A stretch of 62,742 nt of DNA from an uncultured Enterobacteriaceae bacterium (GTDB lineage: Bacteria > Pseudomonadota > Gammaproteobacteria > Burkholderiales > SG8-39). The stretch spans positions 1 to 62,742 of the forward strand of contig CAZRMO010000004.1 in NCBI GenBank assembly GCA_964601155.1, given 5' to 3'. The notes below the pieces were generated by a model that searched no databases, was not told the origin of the DNA, and worked only from the letters and a program-made list of their open reading frames with translations. How positions within the stretch are numbered: the stretch's first letter is position 1; each line of letters starts with the position of its first letter. Positions 1 through 12,001 of this stretch are shown one piece after another. The position numbers and the translations under genes are program-made.

Positions 1-1
1 G

Positions 2-394
2 CTGTGCAATATGGTCATTCCGCAGATGGCCGAACGCAGGGACGGCGCGGTGATCGTGATCTCCAGCATCGCCGCGCTCAAGGGCAGTACCGTGATCGGC
101 TTGTACGGCGTGACCAAGGCCGCCGACACCGCACTGGTCAGAAATTACGCCTGCGAGTGGGGGCCGTCCAACGTTCGCGTCAATGCGATTCTGCCGGGAC
201 TGATCAGGACCGACTTCGCTCGGGCTCTATGGGAAAATGAAAAGGCGCGCACGGCGCGCGAGCAGATGACGCCGCTGAGGCGCCTGGGCGAAGCCGAGGA
301 AATCGGCGGCATCGCGGTATTCCTCGCATCCAGGGCCGGCAGCTTCGTCACCGGTCAGACGATCATCGCCGACGGCGGCGTAACCATCGCCTGA
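2..394 (+). CDS. SDR family oxidoreductase, 3' part (runs off the window start)
   Basis: YxxxK catalytic motif (YGVTK), NVRVNAILPGLIRT, and C-terminal GSFVTGQTIIADGG typical of classical SDRs. The frame is open to the window edge. Confidence 0.9.
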   Translation: MCNMVIPQMAERRDGAVIVISSIAALKGSTVIGLYGVTKAADTALVRNYACEWGPSNVRVNAILPGLIRTDFARALWENEKARTAREQMTPLRRLGEAEEIGGIAVFLASRAGSFVTGQTIIADGGVTIA

Positions 395-752
395 CGTCCG
401 CAGCAGTCTGTCGGTGTTGGGGGGCGTAGCGAGGCGGCACAGGGCGCGGAACGCGCAGCCGCAGCAGGTTCCGCGGCTGCGCGCCGCGCGACGCCAGGCG
501 GGTCAACTCGGCAGCGTGATAATCCGGTACAATACGCCCTCGTTCACGCCGACCGAGGGCGTACTCGCCACCGCCCGATCTCGCCGGCAATGGCGCCCCC
601 TCCGACCTGTACCGAAGCCGTGTTCGCACCCCGTCCGCGCAAGTTACCTCCGCTCAGCAAGCGCTTTTTGACATGAACAAAAACTTCGCTCTCTCCCATG
701 ACTATGTCTCGGTGGAGCGAACCGAATCGTTTGTGAAGGGAATGCGTTCAAA

Positions 753-1271
753 ATGACAGAACCCGCCAAAGGTACCGTACTCGTTGCAATCGACGGTTCG
801 CGCAATTCGATCATGGCGGCTGGCGTCGGCTCGCGCATGGCGCAACTGCTCGGCATGCATGTCGGTCTTCTCAACGTGCTGGATGTGCCGGTACTGAGTT
901 TCTGGGTGGGCGTCGAAGCCCGCCTTAAAGACGACATCCGCGTACAGGCCGAAGCGATGCTCGCCGACATTTCCGAGAAGATCCGGCTCAGTTGTGACGT
1001 AGAGCCGAAGTTCTACATCGCAGACGGCGAGCCGGCGGATGAAATCCGGAAAGTGGTGCGGGCGCATCCCGAAATTATCATGGTGGTAACCGGCCGTGAC
1101 GGCGTGGGCAGCGAAAAGAAAACGGAGTTGTTGCGGGACCGCGCCGGCGATCATCTCGGCGCGAAACTGGCGGATATGCTGCCAGTGCCGGTATTGGTGG
1201 TGCCGCCGGACGTATCCAGATCCATGATCTGCGAATCGCTCGAAAAATACCGCAAAGAGTCCGGTGCGTAG
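753..1271 (+). CDS. Universal stress protein (UspA family)
   Basis: N-terminal VLVAIDGS, GEPADEI, IIMVVTGR, and C-terminal LPVPVLVVP. Confidence 0.85.
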   Translation: MTEPAKGTVLVAIDGSRNSIMAAGVGSRMAQLLGMHVGLLNVLDVPVLSFWVGVEARLKDDIRVQAEAMLADISEKIRLSCDVEPKFYIADGEPADEIRKVVRAHPEIIMVVTGRDGVGSEKKTELLRDRAGDHLGAKLADMLPVPVLVVPPDVSRSMICESLEKYRKESGA

Positions 1272-1339
1272 GGCTGCCGGATTCGCGAATTTTCGGGCTC
1301 ATTAATTCTCTCTCTGTACATTGCGAAGGTTAGTTCAGC

Positions 1340-2281
1340 GTGGAAATATTTCTGCCGATTGCCCACATGGATGTGAACCTGCTCCTGGTTCTCGTGTTCG
1401 GCGTTTCCATCGGCGGCCTTTCCGCTCTGACCGGCGTTGGCGGCGGTTTTCTGCTCACACCGTTGCTGATGATTATAGGCGTACCGCCGCTGGTCGCTGT
1501 GGGTACGACACGCGCAGTGACCGCGGGCAGCGCGGCTGCCGGCAGCTATTCGCACTGGCGCCTTGGCAACATGGACCTGCGTTTTGGGCTTGCCTTGCTG
1601 CTCGGCAGTTGGAGTACTGCCGCCGCCGCCACATACGCATCGCGGATTCTGGAGCGAGGGGGCCACTTCGAGACCATCCTTGTCTTCACCTACATCACAA
1701 TTCTCGGCACCGTTGGCACCGTCACCTTCGTTGAGTCGATACGTTCGGTGTTCCGCGGTTTCACGGCCGCGGCAGCGCCTGGCGCTCCGGCCGCGGCTGC
1801 GCATGCCGCGGCTCCAGCCGCGGCAGAACCGCTCAGCTGGCTGCCCGGACAGATGGACTTCTACGTGGCGCAGCGGCGAATGTCAGTTCTGTTGCCTCTG
1901 CTGCTCGGCGCGTTTATCGGTGTGCTCAACGCGCTCGGCATGGGCGGCGGATTCGTTGCAGTGCCGGCGATGATCTATCTGTTGCGCGTTCCGACCAAGG
2001 TGGCAATCGGCACCTCGCTGTTGCTGATGGTCGCCACCAGCGCGGTCGTGAGCGTGATGCAGGCAGGCATCAATCACTCGCTGGATCCGATATTGGCGCT
2101 GACCTTGATCGTCGGATCATCCCTTGGCGCCCAGTGGGGCGCGCGCATGAGTTCGATCCTGCCGGGCGAGAAGCTGCGCCTGCTTTTGGCGCTGATCCTG
2201 CTGGCCGTTGCAATCAAGTTCTTGTTCGGCTTGCTGCTGACACCTGCCGAGTTGTACAGCTTGGTCGGAGTGGGGCCATGA
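1340..2281 (+). CDS. Sulfite exporter TauE/SafE family membrane protein
   Basis: Two repeats of the G(V/M)GGGF-L/V-x-P motif, AVGT and AIGTSL segments, multiple hydrophobic helices. Confidence 0.88.
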   Translation: MEIFLPIAHMDVNLLLVLVFGVSIGGLSALTGVGGGFLLTPLLMIIGVPPLVAVGTTRAVTAGSAAAGSYSHWRLGNMDLRFGLALLLGSWSTAAAATYASRILERGGHFETILVFTYITILGTVGTVTFVESIRSVFRGFTAAAAPGAPAAAAHAAAPAAAEPLSWLPGQMDFYVAQRRMSVLLPLLLGAFIGVLNALGMGGGFVAVPAMIYLLRVPTKVAIGTSLLLMVATSAVVSVMQAGINHSLDPILALTLIVGSSLGAQWGARMSSILPGEKLRLLLALILLAVAIKFLFGLLLTPAELYSLVGVGP

Positions 2282-3048
2282 GTGTATTGAAGCGCGCCTT
2301 CGTCTGGGGCTTGCTGTTGTGCTGCAGCGCATGGCTGACCGGCGCGCGTGCCGACTCGGGAATGTTGACCGATCTGGCGAGCAGCCACGTCAAGATCACA
2401 ACGGGGTTTACCGGGCAGCATGTATTTGTGTTCGGCAGTACGTCGCGTTCCGGCGACATCGTCATCCGCGTCACGTCGCCGGACGAGTCGGCGGCTTTGT
2501 CGCGCAAGGAGCGGGTCGGGCCGTTCTGGCTCAAGGGCGGCAAACAGCGTGTGGATCATGTGCCGGGGCTGGTGTACCTGCTGAGCAACCGGCCATTGAA
2601 CGAAATCGCCGATCGCTTGGTGCTGGAGCGCCATGGTTTGACCTTCCACTCGAATCTGGCGGCGGCGCAGGTCAGCGGCGGTCCCACGCCAGGATACGAA
2701 GATTGGCAGACCGCGTTCGAACGGCTCAAGCAGAAGCAGGGCCTGTTCCGCAAGCTGGGCAGCGATGTTCGTATCGACGGCGGACGTTTGTTCTCGGCGA
2801 ATTTTCCGCTGCCGGCCACGCTGCCCATCGGAGCCTATCGGCTGGACATCTATGCCTTCCGCAATGGCCGGCTGGTCGCGCATCGTTCTAGCGTCCTGCA
2901 GGTGAACGAGGTCGGTATCGAGCTGTGGCTTTCGCAGGTTGCGCTGGACTATTCGTGGGTGTTCGGTTTGCTGTTCACGCTGCTGGCGGTCGCGCTCGGT
3001 CTGACGCTGAGCATGCTATTGCGCCGCGATCACGGACGCCGCCTCTGA
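2278..3048 (+). CDS. TIGR02186-like conserved transmembrane protein
   Basis: Signal peptide, VKITTGFTG..FVFG, RKERVGPFW, LFSANFPLPATLPIGAY, C-terminal TM helix. ATG overlaps the TauE stop (ATGA), the usual partner context. Confidence 0.72.
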   Translation: MSVLKRAFVWGLLLCCSAWLTGARADSGMLTDLASSHVKITTGFTGQHVFVFGSTSRSGDIVIRVTSPDESAALSRKERVGPFWLKGGKQRVDHVPGLVYLLSNRPLNEIADRLVLERHGLTFHSNLAAAQVSGGPTPGYEDWQTAFERLKQKQGLFRKLGSDVRIDGGRLFSANFPLPATLPIGAYRLDIYAFRNGRLVAHRSSVLQVNEVGIELWLSQVALDYSWVFGLLFTLLAVALGLTLSMLLRRDHGRRL

Positions 3049-3132
3049 CGCGTGCGCGTGCGTTTTCGGCCAGCAGCTGGGTCCCAATGGCGGCCGCCGG
3101 CGCCGTGCGACTGAGCCGGCCTTCGAACGGCT

Positions 3133-4554
3133 CTATTGTGAAGTGGCGATCACCGGGTGGCGCTTCCACAACTGCGTCGCCTGCTCGAATGCGTAGGCCA
3201 GCTGTAGCACGCCGAAATCGTCCTGGTGCCTCCCGACGATCTGCACCCCCACGGGCAAACCTTCCGCGGTAAAGCCGCAGGGCACGGAGACCGCCGGATG
3301 GCCGGTGACGGTGATGAAGTAACAGGACTTCATCCAGTCTATGTAGGTATCCATGGCGACTTCGTTGATCTCGGTGACATACGGCTGGTCCACGTCGAAT
3401 GGCGGCACTTGGTTCACCGGCAGGATCAGAAACTCGTAGCGCTGCATGAAGCTGCGCATGCGTTCATACAGCGCGGTTCTCTTCGATTCCGCCGCACCGA
3501 TGCTGGGACCGGAAAGCTTCCTGCCCGCCTCGATGTTCCACACCACCGTGTCCTTGAGCTGATCGCGGTGGCGGTCGAGCAGTTCGCCGTAAGCCAGCTC
3601 GAACTGCCAGGCGCGCAGGGTCTGGAAGATTTCGTTCGCGTCGGACAGATCGGGCGTCGCCTCCTCGAGCGTGCAGCCGAGCGCGGCGAAGGTCGCGCGC
3701 TGCGACGCCAGCACTGCGGCGACGCGCGCATCCAGCGGCAGTCCGCCTAGGTCGGCGCTCCAGGCGACGCGCACGCCCTTGAAATCGCGCGCGAGCGGCC
3801 GCGAAAACAGGTTGCCCGGTTCGGCAATTGCGATCGGGCTCTTCGCGTCCGGGCCGGCGATGGCGCTCAACATCAGCGCGCAATCGGCTACCGTGCGCGC
3901 CATCGGCCCTTGCACGCCCAGCGTGCTCCAGCCGGTCTTCGCCGGCCAGATCGGCACGCGCCCGGGCGAGGGGCGCAAGCCTACGACATTGCAGAAATTC
4001 GCCGGGCAGCGCAGCGAACCGCCCATGTCGCTGCCGTCGGCCAAAGGCACCATCCCGGCCGCCAGTGCCACCGCCGCGCCGCCGGAGGAGCCGCCGCAGG
4101 TCTTGCTGGTGTCGTAAGGATTGAACGTCTTGCCGAATACCGCATTGAAAGTCTGCGAGCCGGCGCCGAATTCGGGGGTATTGGTCTTGCCTACGGAAAT
4201 CGCCCCCGCCGCCTGCAGCCGGTCCACGATCAGCAAATTCTGCTCGGGAACGAAGTCCTTGAAAATGGGCGAACCGAAGGTGGTGCGCATGCCGCGGGTC
4301 AAGAACAGATCCTTGTGCGCGACCGGCAGACCGTGCAGGGCCCCGAGTACCTCGCCCCGTGCCTGCTTTTCGTCCGCGGCCCTCGCTTGCGCCAGCGCCT
4401 GCTCGGCGTACAGGCTGACGATGGCATTGAGTTTCGGGTTGAGGCGCTCGATTTGCGCCAATGAGGCCTGCATCAGTTCGCGTGCCGACAGTTCCTTACG
4501 CCGGATGCGCTGCGCCAATTCGGTTGCCTGCAGGAAACAGAGTTCATCGCTCAT
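3133..4554 (-). CDS. Amidase signature family enzyme
   Basis: HKDL (Lys), GKTNTPEFG, GGSSGG, GSDMGGSLR (Ser-cisSer-Lys triad). Start placed at MSDEL. Confidence 0.92.
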   Translation of the reverse strand: MSDELCFLQATELAQRIRRKELSARELMQASLAQIERLNPKLNAIVSLYAEQALAQARAADEKQARGEVLGALHGLPVAHKDLFLTRGMRTTFGSPIFKDFVPEQNLLIVDRLQAAGAISVGKTNTPEFGAGSQTFNAVFGKTFNPYDTSKTCGGSSGGAAVALAAGMVPLADGSDMGGSLRCPANFCNVVGLRPSPGRVPIWPAKTGWSTLGVQGPMARTVADCALMLSAIAGPDAKSPIAIAEPGNLFSRPLARDFKGVRVAWSADLGGLPLDARVAAVLASQRATFAALGCTLEEATPDLSDANEIFQTLRAWQFELAYGELLDRHRDQLKDTVVWNIEAGRKLSGPSIGAAESKRTALYERMRSFMQRYEFLILPVNQVPPFDVDQPYVTEINEVAMDTYIDWMKSCYFITVTGHPAVSVPCGFTAEGLPVGVQIVGRHQDDFGVLQLAYAFEQATQLWKRHPVIATSQ

Positions 4555-4656
4555 GGTAAGTGTCCTTGCTCGATTCAAGTCAATTGTAACAACGATCTCG
4601 TGCGCGCTAAGCTGCTTGCGCGGACCATGGCGGGTCCACGGACCCGCCCAGCCGGG

Positions 4657-5565
4657 CTATTTCTGCGGCGCCTGCGCCAGCTCCGCCAATACGTCGCGCA
4701 GCCACTGCTGCGCCGGATCGCGCTGGTTGCGCTCGTGCCACATCTCCCCCACGGTGAATTTTTGCAGTTCGACCGGAGGATCGAAAATGCGCAGCTGTTT
4801 CGCGTAGCCGCGCGCCAGACGCTCGGGCAAGGAACTGATCATGTCGGAGCGGGCGACGATCTCCGGCACCAGAAGAAAATGCGGCACCGTCAGGCGCGCG
4901 TGGCGCTTGCGCCCCCGCGCGGCCAGCGCATTGTCGATATGGGTGCTGAAGCCACTGCCGGGCACCGACACCTGGATATGCTCCAGGCTGCAGAACTCAT
5001 CCAGGGTCAGGCTTGCGCCAACAGCCGGATGATCGCGTCTCACGACCGACACCAGCCGCTCGGTATAGAGCGGCCGCAAATGCAAGCCGGCCGGGGCGTT
5101 TTGCATCCCGGTGATGCAAAGATCGACCTCGCCGCTTTCCATCTGCTTTGCCACCAATTGCAGGTCGATCGACCTTACTCCCAGGCGCACGCCCGGGGCT
5201 TCGTGCTCGAGATAATCGACCAGCCTCGGCAGCAGCGCGTATTCGACGTAGTCCGAGGCCGACAAGGTAAAACTGTGCGCCGCGCGGCCCGCGTCGAATG
5301 CTGCGGGCGGCTGAACGATGGTCTCGATCTCGTCCAGGACCTGTTTTACCGGAGCCAGCAGCTCCAGCGCGCGCGGCGTCGGCAGCATGCCACGCGCGCT
5401 GCGCAACAGCAGAGGATCGCCGAACAGTTCGCGCAGGCGCGCCAGCAACGCGCTCGTGGCGGGCTGCGACAGACGCAGGCGCACCGCGGCGCGCGACACG
5501 CTGCGCTCAGCCAACAGCGCATCCAAGGCGACCAGCAGGTTGAGATCGATATTTCTAATATCCAC
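4657..5565 (-). CDS. LysR family transcriptional regulator (NodD/MexT-like)
   Basis: DLNLLVALDALLAERSVSRAAVRLRLSQPATS HTH followed by a substrate-binding domain. Confidence 0.92.
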   Translation of the reverse strand: MDIRNIDLNLLVALDALLAERSVSRAAVRLRLSQPATSALLARLRELFGDPLLLRSARGMLPTPRALELLAPVKQVLDEIETIVQPPAAFDAGRAAHSFTLSASDYVEYALLPRLVDYLEHEAPGVRLGVRSIDLQLVAKQMESGEVDLCITGMQNAPAGLHLRPLYTERLVSVVRRDHPAVGASLTLDEFCSLEHIQVSVPGSGFSTHIDNALAARGRKRHARLTVPHFLLVPEIVARSDMISSLPERLARGYAKQLRIFDPPVELQKFTVGEMWHERNQRDPAQQWLRDVLAELAQAPQK

Positions 5566-5754
5566 AAGACAGATATATTAAATTCAAACAATCGATTCGA
5601 CAAATAGTTAGCAGGTGTTTAGACTTCGTCTATTATTTAAGTGAAAGCTACCGATAATTTTGGCAGCAAGAGTTTCGCGGGTTCTCCTCCTCCTCTCCCC
5701 CGCGCAGGCAGGGCGGCCGGTAAGCACCGGTTGTCCTGTCTTTTTTATTTTTGC

Positions 5755-6372
5755 CTAGACACCCAGCTGGCGCAACCGCGGCAGGTCCTCCGGCCGGTCC
5801 AGGTCCCACAGCAGCGCCAATTCTCGCCAGCGCCAGTTGCCGCGCGCGAGTCGCGCGCGCGTTTCCTGCATTACCGTCGCCGTGCCCCAGGCAATATCCT
5901 CGAACAGATGCGCCGGCGAGCTGCGCGCCACACCGACGAGCACATAGCCGCCGTCCTCAGCCGGGCCGAACACTGCATCGTTTCCTGCCGCCAGTGCGGC
6001 AGCCGCTTCGCATAGGTAATCCGGCGTCAGGGCCGGGCAGTCGCAGCCTATCAATAGCGCCGGCGAGTCCGACGCCAGCGCGGACTCCAGCGCGCGCGCC
6101 ATGCGCATTCCCAGATCGCCCTCACCCTGGGGCTGCAGACTGACGCCGTGCTTGTCCGCGCAGGACGCAAAAAACGGGTCATCCGGCCCGGGCGCGCACC
6201 ACAGCTCCGGCGTGCCCAGCCTCGCCGCGACCGCCGTGCGCAGCGTGCGCTCTATCAGCCGCCGCTGCAACTCTGCGGCGCCGCTCCCGCCCAATGCCGG
6301 AATCAGGCGTGTCTTCACATGGCCCGGCGTGGGCGCCTTGGCGAAAATCAGGACGCGGCAGTTAATGGCCAC
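5755..6372 (-). CDS. TIGR04282/DUF2064-like nucleotidyl-/glycosyltransferase
   Basis: IFAKAPTPGHVKTRL, QGEGDLGMRM, LIGCDCP, GPAEDGGYVL, WDLDRPED. GTG start overlaps the upstream partner's stop. Confidence 0.8.
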   Translation of the reverse strand: MAINCRVLIFAKAPTPGHVKTRLIPALGGSGAAELQRRLIERTLRTAVAARLGTPELWCAPGPDDPFFASCADKHGVSLQPQGEGDLGMRMARALESALASDSPALLIGCDCPALTPDYLCEAAAALAAGNDAVFGPAEDGGYVLVGVARSSPAHLFEDIAWGTATVMQETRARLARGNWRWRELALLWDLDRPEDLPRLRQLGV

Positions 6373-7051
6373 GCCGCGAATAGGCGCGGGCGAGCCGCGC
6401 CGGCGCCGCGCCGAATGCATACTGCAGGCGCAACCACCACATCAGTGCAATCGTGCGCAACACGCCATCGCTTTCCCAACGGCGCGCCGAAGTGAGGCAG
6501 CGCTCGCGCAGGCACAACGGTGCGGATATGCGGCGCAGGAGCACGCTGATGGCGATATCTTCCATCAAGGCCTGACGGGGATAGCCCCCCAGGGCTTCGA
6601 ACACTTCGCGTCGGACGAAAATGGCCTGATCGCCTGTGCATATGCGCGTCAGCCGGGAACGCAGATTCATCATGGTTTCGACAAGGCGCAGCAATGGATG
6701 GGCGCCCGCAATGCGCACGTCGAAACGGCCCCAGGCGCAATCGCTGCCGGCCAGGCCCTGCAGAATCGAGCGATCGGCCTGCGGCGGCAGGCGCGAATCG
6801 GCGTGCAGGAACAGGAGCACGTCGCCCGCAGCGGCGCGGGCGCCGGCATTCATCTGCTCGGCGCGTCCGGCCGGCGAAGCAACGATCCGGTCGGCCAGAC
6901 CCAGGGCCAGGGCCATGGTCGCATCGCCGGAGCCGCCGTCGGCGACGATAATCTCATGGCCGTCGCGTCGCAAGCCGGCCAAAGACTGCAGGGTAGCAGC
7001 GATAATCGAGGCTTCGTCGAGCGTAGGGATGATGATCGACAGTCTATTCAC
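6362..7051 (-). CDS. TIGR04283-like GT2 glycosyltransferase
   Basis: LSIIIPTLDE, IIVADGGSGD, GRAEQMNAGA, LFLHADS, GDQAIFVRR, MEDIAIS, TSARRW. Confidence 0.85.
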   Translation of the reverse strand: MNRLSIIIPTLDEASIIAATLQSLAGLRRDGHEIIVADGGSGDATMALALGLADRIVASPAGRAEQMNAGARAAAGDVLLFLHADSRLPPQADRSILQGLAGSDCAWGRFDVRIAGAHPLLRLVETMMNLRSRLTRICTGDQAIFVRREVFEALGGYPRQALMEDIAISVLLRRISAPLCLRERCLTSARRWESDGVLRTIALMWWLRLQYAFGAAPARLARAYSRRGH

Positions 7052-7108
7052 TTCGCGCGCCCTGGCAACGCGGTACGCAGTTCCATTCCGGCTTGCGCCA
7101 GCGGCGCG

Positions 7109-9177
<2,069 letters not shown>

Positions 9178-9181
<4 letters not shown>

Positions 9182-9552
9182 CGCGGCTCCTGCTCCAGAC
9201 AACGCCTGATGGCAGCGCGCAACTGCTCCACATCGAAAGGTTTCGCCAGCACTTCGCTTGCGCCTCGGTGCAAGGCGATCGCGCGTGCCTCGTCGTCCAT
9301 GAAGGCGGAGAACAGCAGCACGGGAACACGAGACGTCTGCGGGTTTGCGCGCACAGCCTCCAGCACTGCATAGCCGCCCAGACGCGGCATGACGACGTCG
9401 CAAATAATGAGTTCCGGACGGAATTTCTGCACCAGCGCCAGGCCTTGCATGCCGTCCGCCGCCCACGCGAACTCGTGTCCATCGAGACGCAGCACCTGCT
9501 CCATGTAATCGAGGCTAGCCTGATCATCGTCGATGAGCAATATCCGCGCCAT
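9178..9552 (-). CDS. Single-domain response regulator (CheY-like receiver)
   Basis: ILLIDDD, LIICDVVMP, LFSA, KPF. About 124 aa with no output domain. Its stop overlaps the next gene's start. Confidence 0.88.
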
Positions 9553-9554
9553 GA

Positions 9555-11705
9555 TCAGGCCGCTTGGCGCCTGTCTTCCAGCGGCAGGCACACGCGGATG
9601 CAGGTGCCCGCATCGACTTCGCTGTCGACAGAAATGGTGCCGCCGTGCAGATCCACCGCCTTTTTGGCGATTACCAGCCCGAGGCCCGTACCCTGGCGAT
9701 TGCCGACGTTGGAGGCGCGATAAAAGCTCTCGAACAGGCGCGCCTGATCCGCCGGCGGTATGCCTATGCCTTGGTCGCGCACCTCGATCACCGCCTGCCC
9801 GTCGCGTTCGGCCAGCAGCAAGGACACGACGCTCTCCGGGGGAGAGTATTTCACCGCGTTGGAGAGCAGATTGGCAAGGATGTGCCGCAGCAGTTTTTCA
9901 TCCAGATTCAGGCTGCTGCGCTTGAACTGATGCTCGAACTGAATCACACGCTGCTTGGCCACGCCCCCGCGCAATTCCTCCACCACCTTGTGGCACAAAT
10001 CGCGCAGATCCACCGGCTTTGGATCGAATTGCAGGGCGCCCGCTTCGGCTTTGCCTATGATCAGCACGTCTTCGATCAGCGCGTTCATCCGTTTCACGGC
10101 GCCTTGGATCCCGGACAGCATTTTCAGTTTGTCTTCGGCGGACAATTTTTCGGAGTAATGTTCCAGCAACTCTGCGGAGGACAGTATGGTCGCCAGCGGC
10201 GTGCGCAGCTCGTGCGAGGCGATGGAAACGAACTTGGATTTCATCTCCGACAGCTCTTTCTCGCGCTGCAGGGCGGCGAGCAACTCCACCTCGGCGCGCT
10301 TGCGCTGGGTTATGTCGACGCTGGTTCCGGTCATGCGCAGCGCGCCGCCGTCATCCGCGTGCTCGACCACGCGGCCGCGGCTTAGCACCCAGACCCAGTC
10401 TGCATCGGCCATTTTCAGGCGATACTCGATGCGGTATAGCGGACGCAGGCCGCTGATGCAGTCGGCCAGTGCCTGGCGCACCGCATCGGCGTCCTCCGGA
10501 TGCACCATCAGCGCCATTTCATCCAGCCCAACATACTGCTCGCGCGGCTCGCTGCCCGTCATCTGCGCCAGCGCGGCGTCCAGATAAAGCGTGCCGCGCC
10601 TGGCGTCCCACTCCCAGATGGAAATAGCCGACGACTGCATCGCCAGATCGAGCCTCTCCTTGGTCTGCCGCAAGGCCGCCTCGGCACGTTTGCGTTCGGT
10701 AATATCGGCCATGCCGATGATAATTCCGTCCTGCGGCTTGGCCGGGTCGACAGCGCGGCTGTCGGTGAACACCCAGATCGAACTGCCGTCCTTCCTGCGC
10801 AGCAGCACTTCGGCCGCATAGCTTTCGCCTCGCGCGAGAATCCCGTAGGCGCGGCTGCCCGCTTGCGTCAAATCCTCTTCCGACGCGAACCAGTTGTTGG
10901 TGGATTGCCCGGCGATTTCATCTACGGCATAACCGAGGATCTCGGCGAAGCGCTGGTTGCCTTTCACCACGGCGCCTTGGCTGACAAACGCAATGCCGAC
11001 GGCCGCGGTGTCGAAAATCAGCTGCTGCTCGCTTAGCGCTGCGGTCAGGGATTTTTCGGCAACGCGCAGCTTTTTCAGCAGCACGGTGTTCTCGTGGCCG
11101 TAAGCCAGGGTTTCCATCAGCGCCAGGTGGTTGGACAGGTACAATCCCAGCAGCACGCTGGTGAACACCAGCATCAGCAAGCCGGTGGAGGCGTTGAGTC
11201 CGCCGCCGAAGCTGAACAGCATCGCGACCATGGGCGCCAGTATTGGCAGGATGAAGCTGGTAAAAGCTTTGGGGCTGGGCGCCAGCGAGGGCGGCAGGCC
11301 CATGGCGATGCTGCTGATCAAGAAGGTGACCGAAATCTGCTGCAGCGAGCTCGCTTCAGTTCCGACAAACATCAGCGCCAGGCCCCAGCCCGCCCCGATC
11401 AGCGCGCTGGCCATGCAAAAATAATTTTCCCATTTCGCGGCATCCTCCGCCGGCGGCTGAACACGGCGATATACCCGAGCCATCGCGTAGCGCACCACGC
11501 TTGCCACGCCGAGCCAGACGAACCAGCTCACTATCAGGCTGACGCCGATATAGCCCCACAAGGCAAATGCGGTGATGCCCGCGGCCACCATAATGATGGG
11601 CACATCGGTGCCCGACAGCCGGTAGAGCATCGAAACGCGCTCGGGCAGGTACTCGAGCGAGGCCATGGAGGCCAGCCGAACGCGCAATTTCTCCAGTAAA
11701 TGCAC
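9555..11705 (-). CDS. Membrane-anchored PAS-domain sensor histidine kinase
   Basis: About 5-6 N-terminal TM helices, two PAS/PAC-like segments, H-box SHELRTPL, N-box NLLSNAVKY, DQGIGI and GTGLGL. Confidence 0.92.
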   Translation of the reverse strand: MHLLEKLRVRLASMASLEYLPERVSMLYRLSGTDVPIIMVAAGITAFALWGYIGVSLIVSWFVWLGVASVVRYAMARVYRRVQPPAEDAAKWENYFCMASALIGAGWGLALMFVGTEASSLQQISVTFLISSIAMGLPPSLAPSPKAFTSFILPILAPMVAMLFSFGGGLNASTGLLMLVFTSVLLGLYLSNHLALMETLAYGHENTVLLKKLRVAEKSLTAALSEQQLIFDTAAVGIAFVSQGAVVKGNQRFAEILGYAVDEIAGQSTNNWFASEEDLTQAGSRAYGILARGESYAAEVLLRRKDGSSIWVFTDSRAVDPAKPQDGIIIGMADITERKRAEAALRQTKERLDLAMQSSAISIWEWDARRGTLYLDAALAQMTGSEPREQYVGLDEMALMVHPEDADAVRQALADCISGLRPLYRIEYRLKMADADWVWVLSRGRVVEHADDGGALRMTGTSVDITQRKRAEVELLAALQREKELSEMKSKFVSIASHELRTPLATILSSAELLEHYSEKLSAEDKLKMLSGIQGAVKRMNALIEDVLIIGKAEAGALQFDPKPVDLRDLCHKVVEELRGGVAKQRVIQFEHQFKRSSLNLDEKLLRHILANLLSNAVKYSPPESVVSLLLAERDGQAVIEVRDQGIGIPPADQARLFESFYRASNVGNRQGTGLGLVIAKKAVDLHGGTISVDSEVDAGTCIRVCLPLEDRRQAA

Positions 11706-12001
11706 TTGGGGATCCTTCCTCTGCGCAGTTTCGAAGCCGTCCGCGCGGTGGTGTTTATAATTCGGCCATTGAGGCCAATTATTCTACTATGTTTAATGAC
11801 TTGTCCACCCGATGCGGATCTACAATATTAGCCGGCCGAGACGCCCTCTCCTAGCGCACGCGCAGGCGTCTTCGGCCCGCTGCCGCATATTTCGGCCGCC
11901 GCATGAGCGAAGGACGGCTTATTGTCGGCCTCTCGTAAGGTGTCGAGGCTCTGCACGCGCTCTGCGGTACAATTTCTGGACATAATTTTCACTGGAAGCG
12001 C

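Noticed and set aside
363-629. 88-aa minus-strand ORF in the SDR-USP gap
   Set aside because: Arg/Pro-rich composition typical of non-coding frames, no SD or motif, and it overlaps the SDR end.
664-683. Possible FNR/CRP-like site tttttgacatgaacaaaaa upstream of the USP gene
   Set aside because: The right half-site and spacing do not fit TTGAT-N4-ATCAA. Only an A/T-tract palindrome is supported.
4629-4648. Hairpin ggcgggtcc/ggacccgcc after lysR as a terminator
   Set aside because: No U-tract on either strand, so termination is unsupported.
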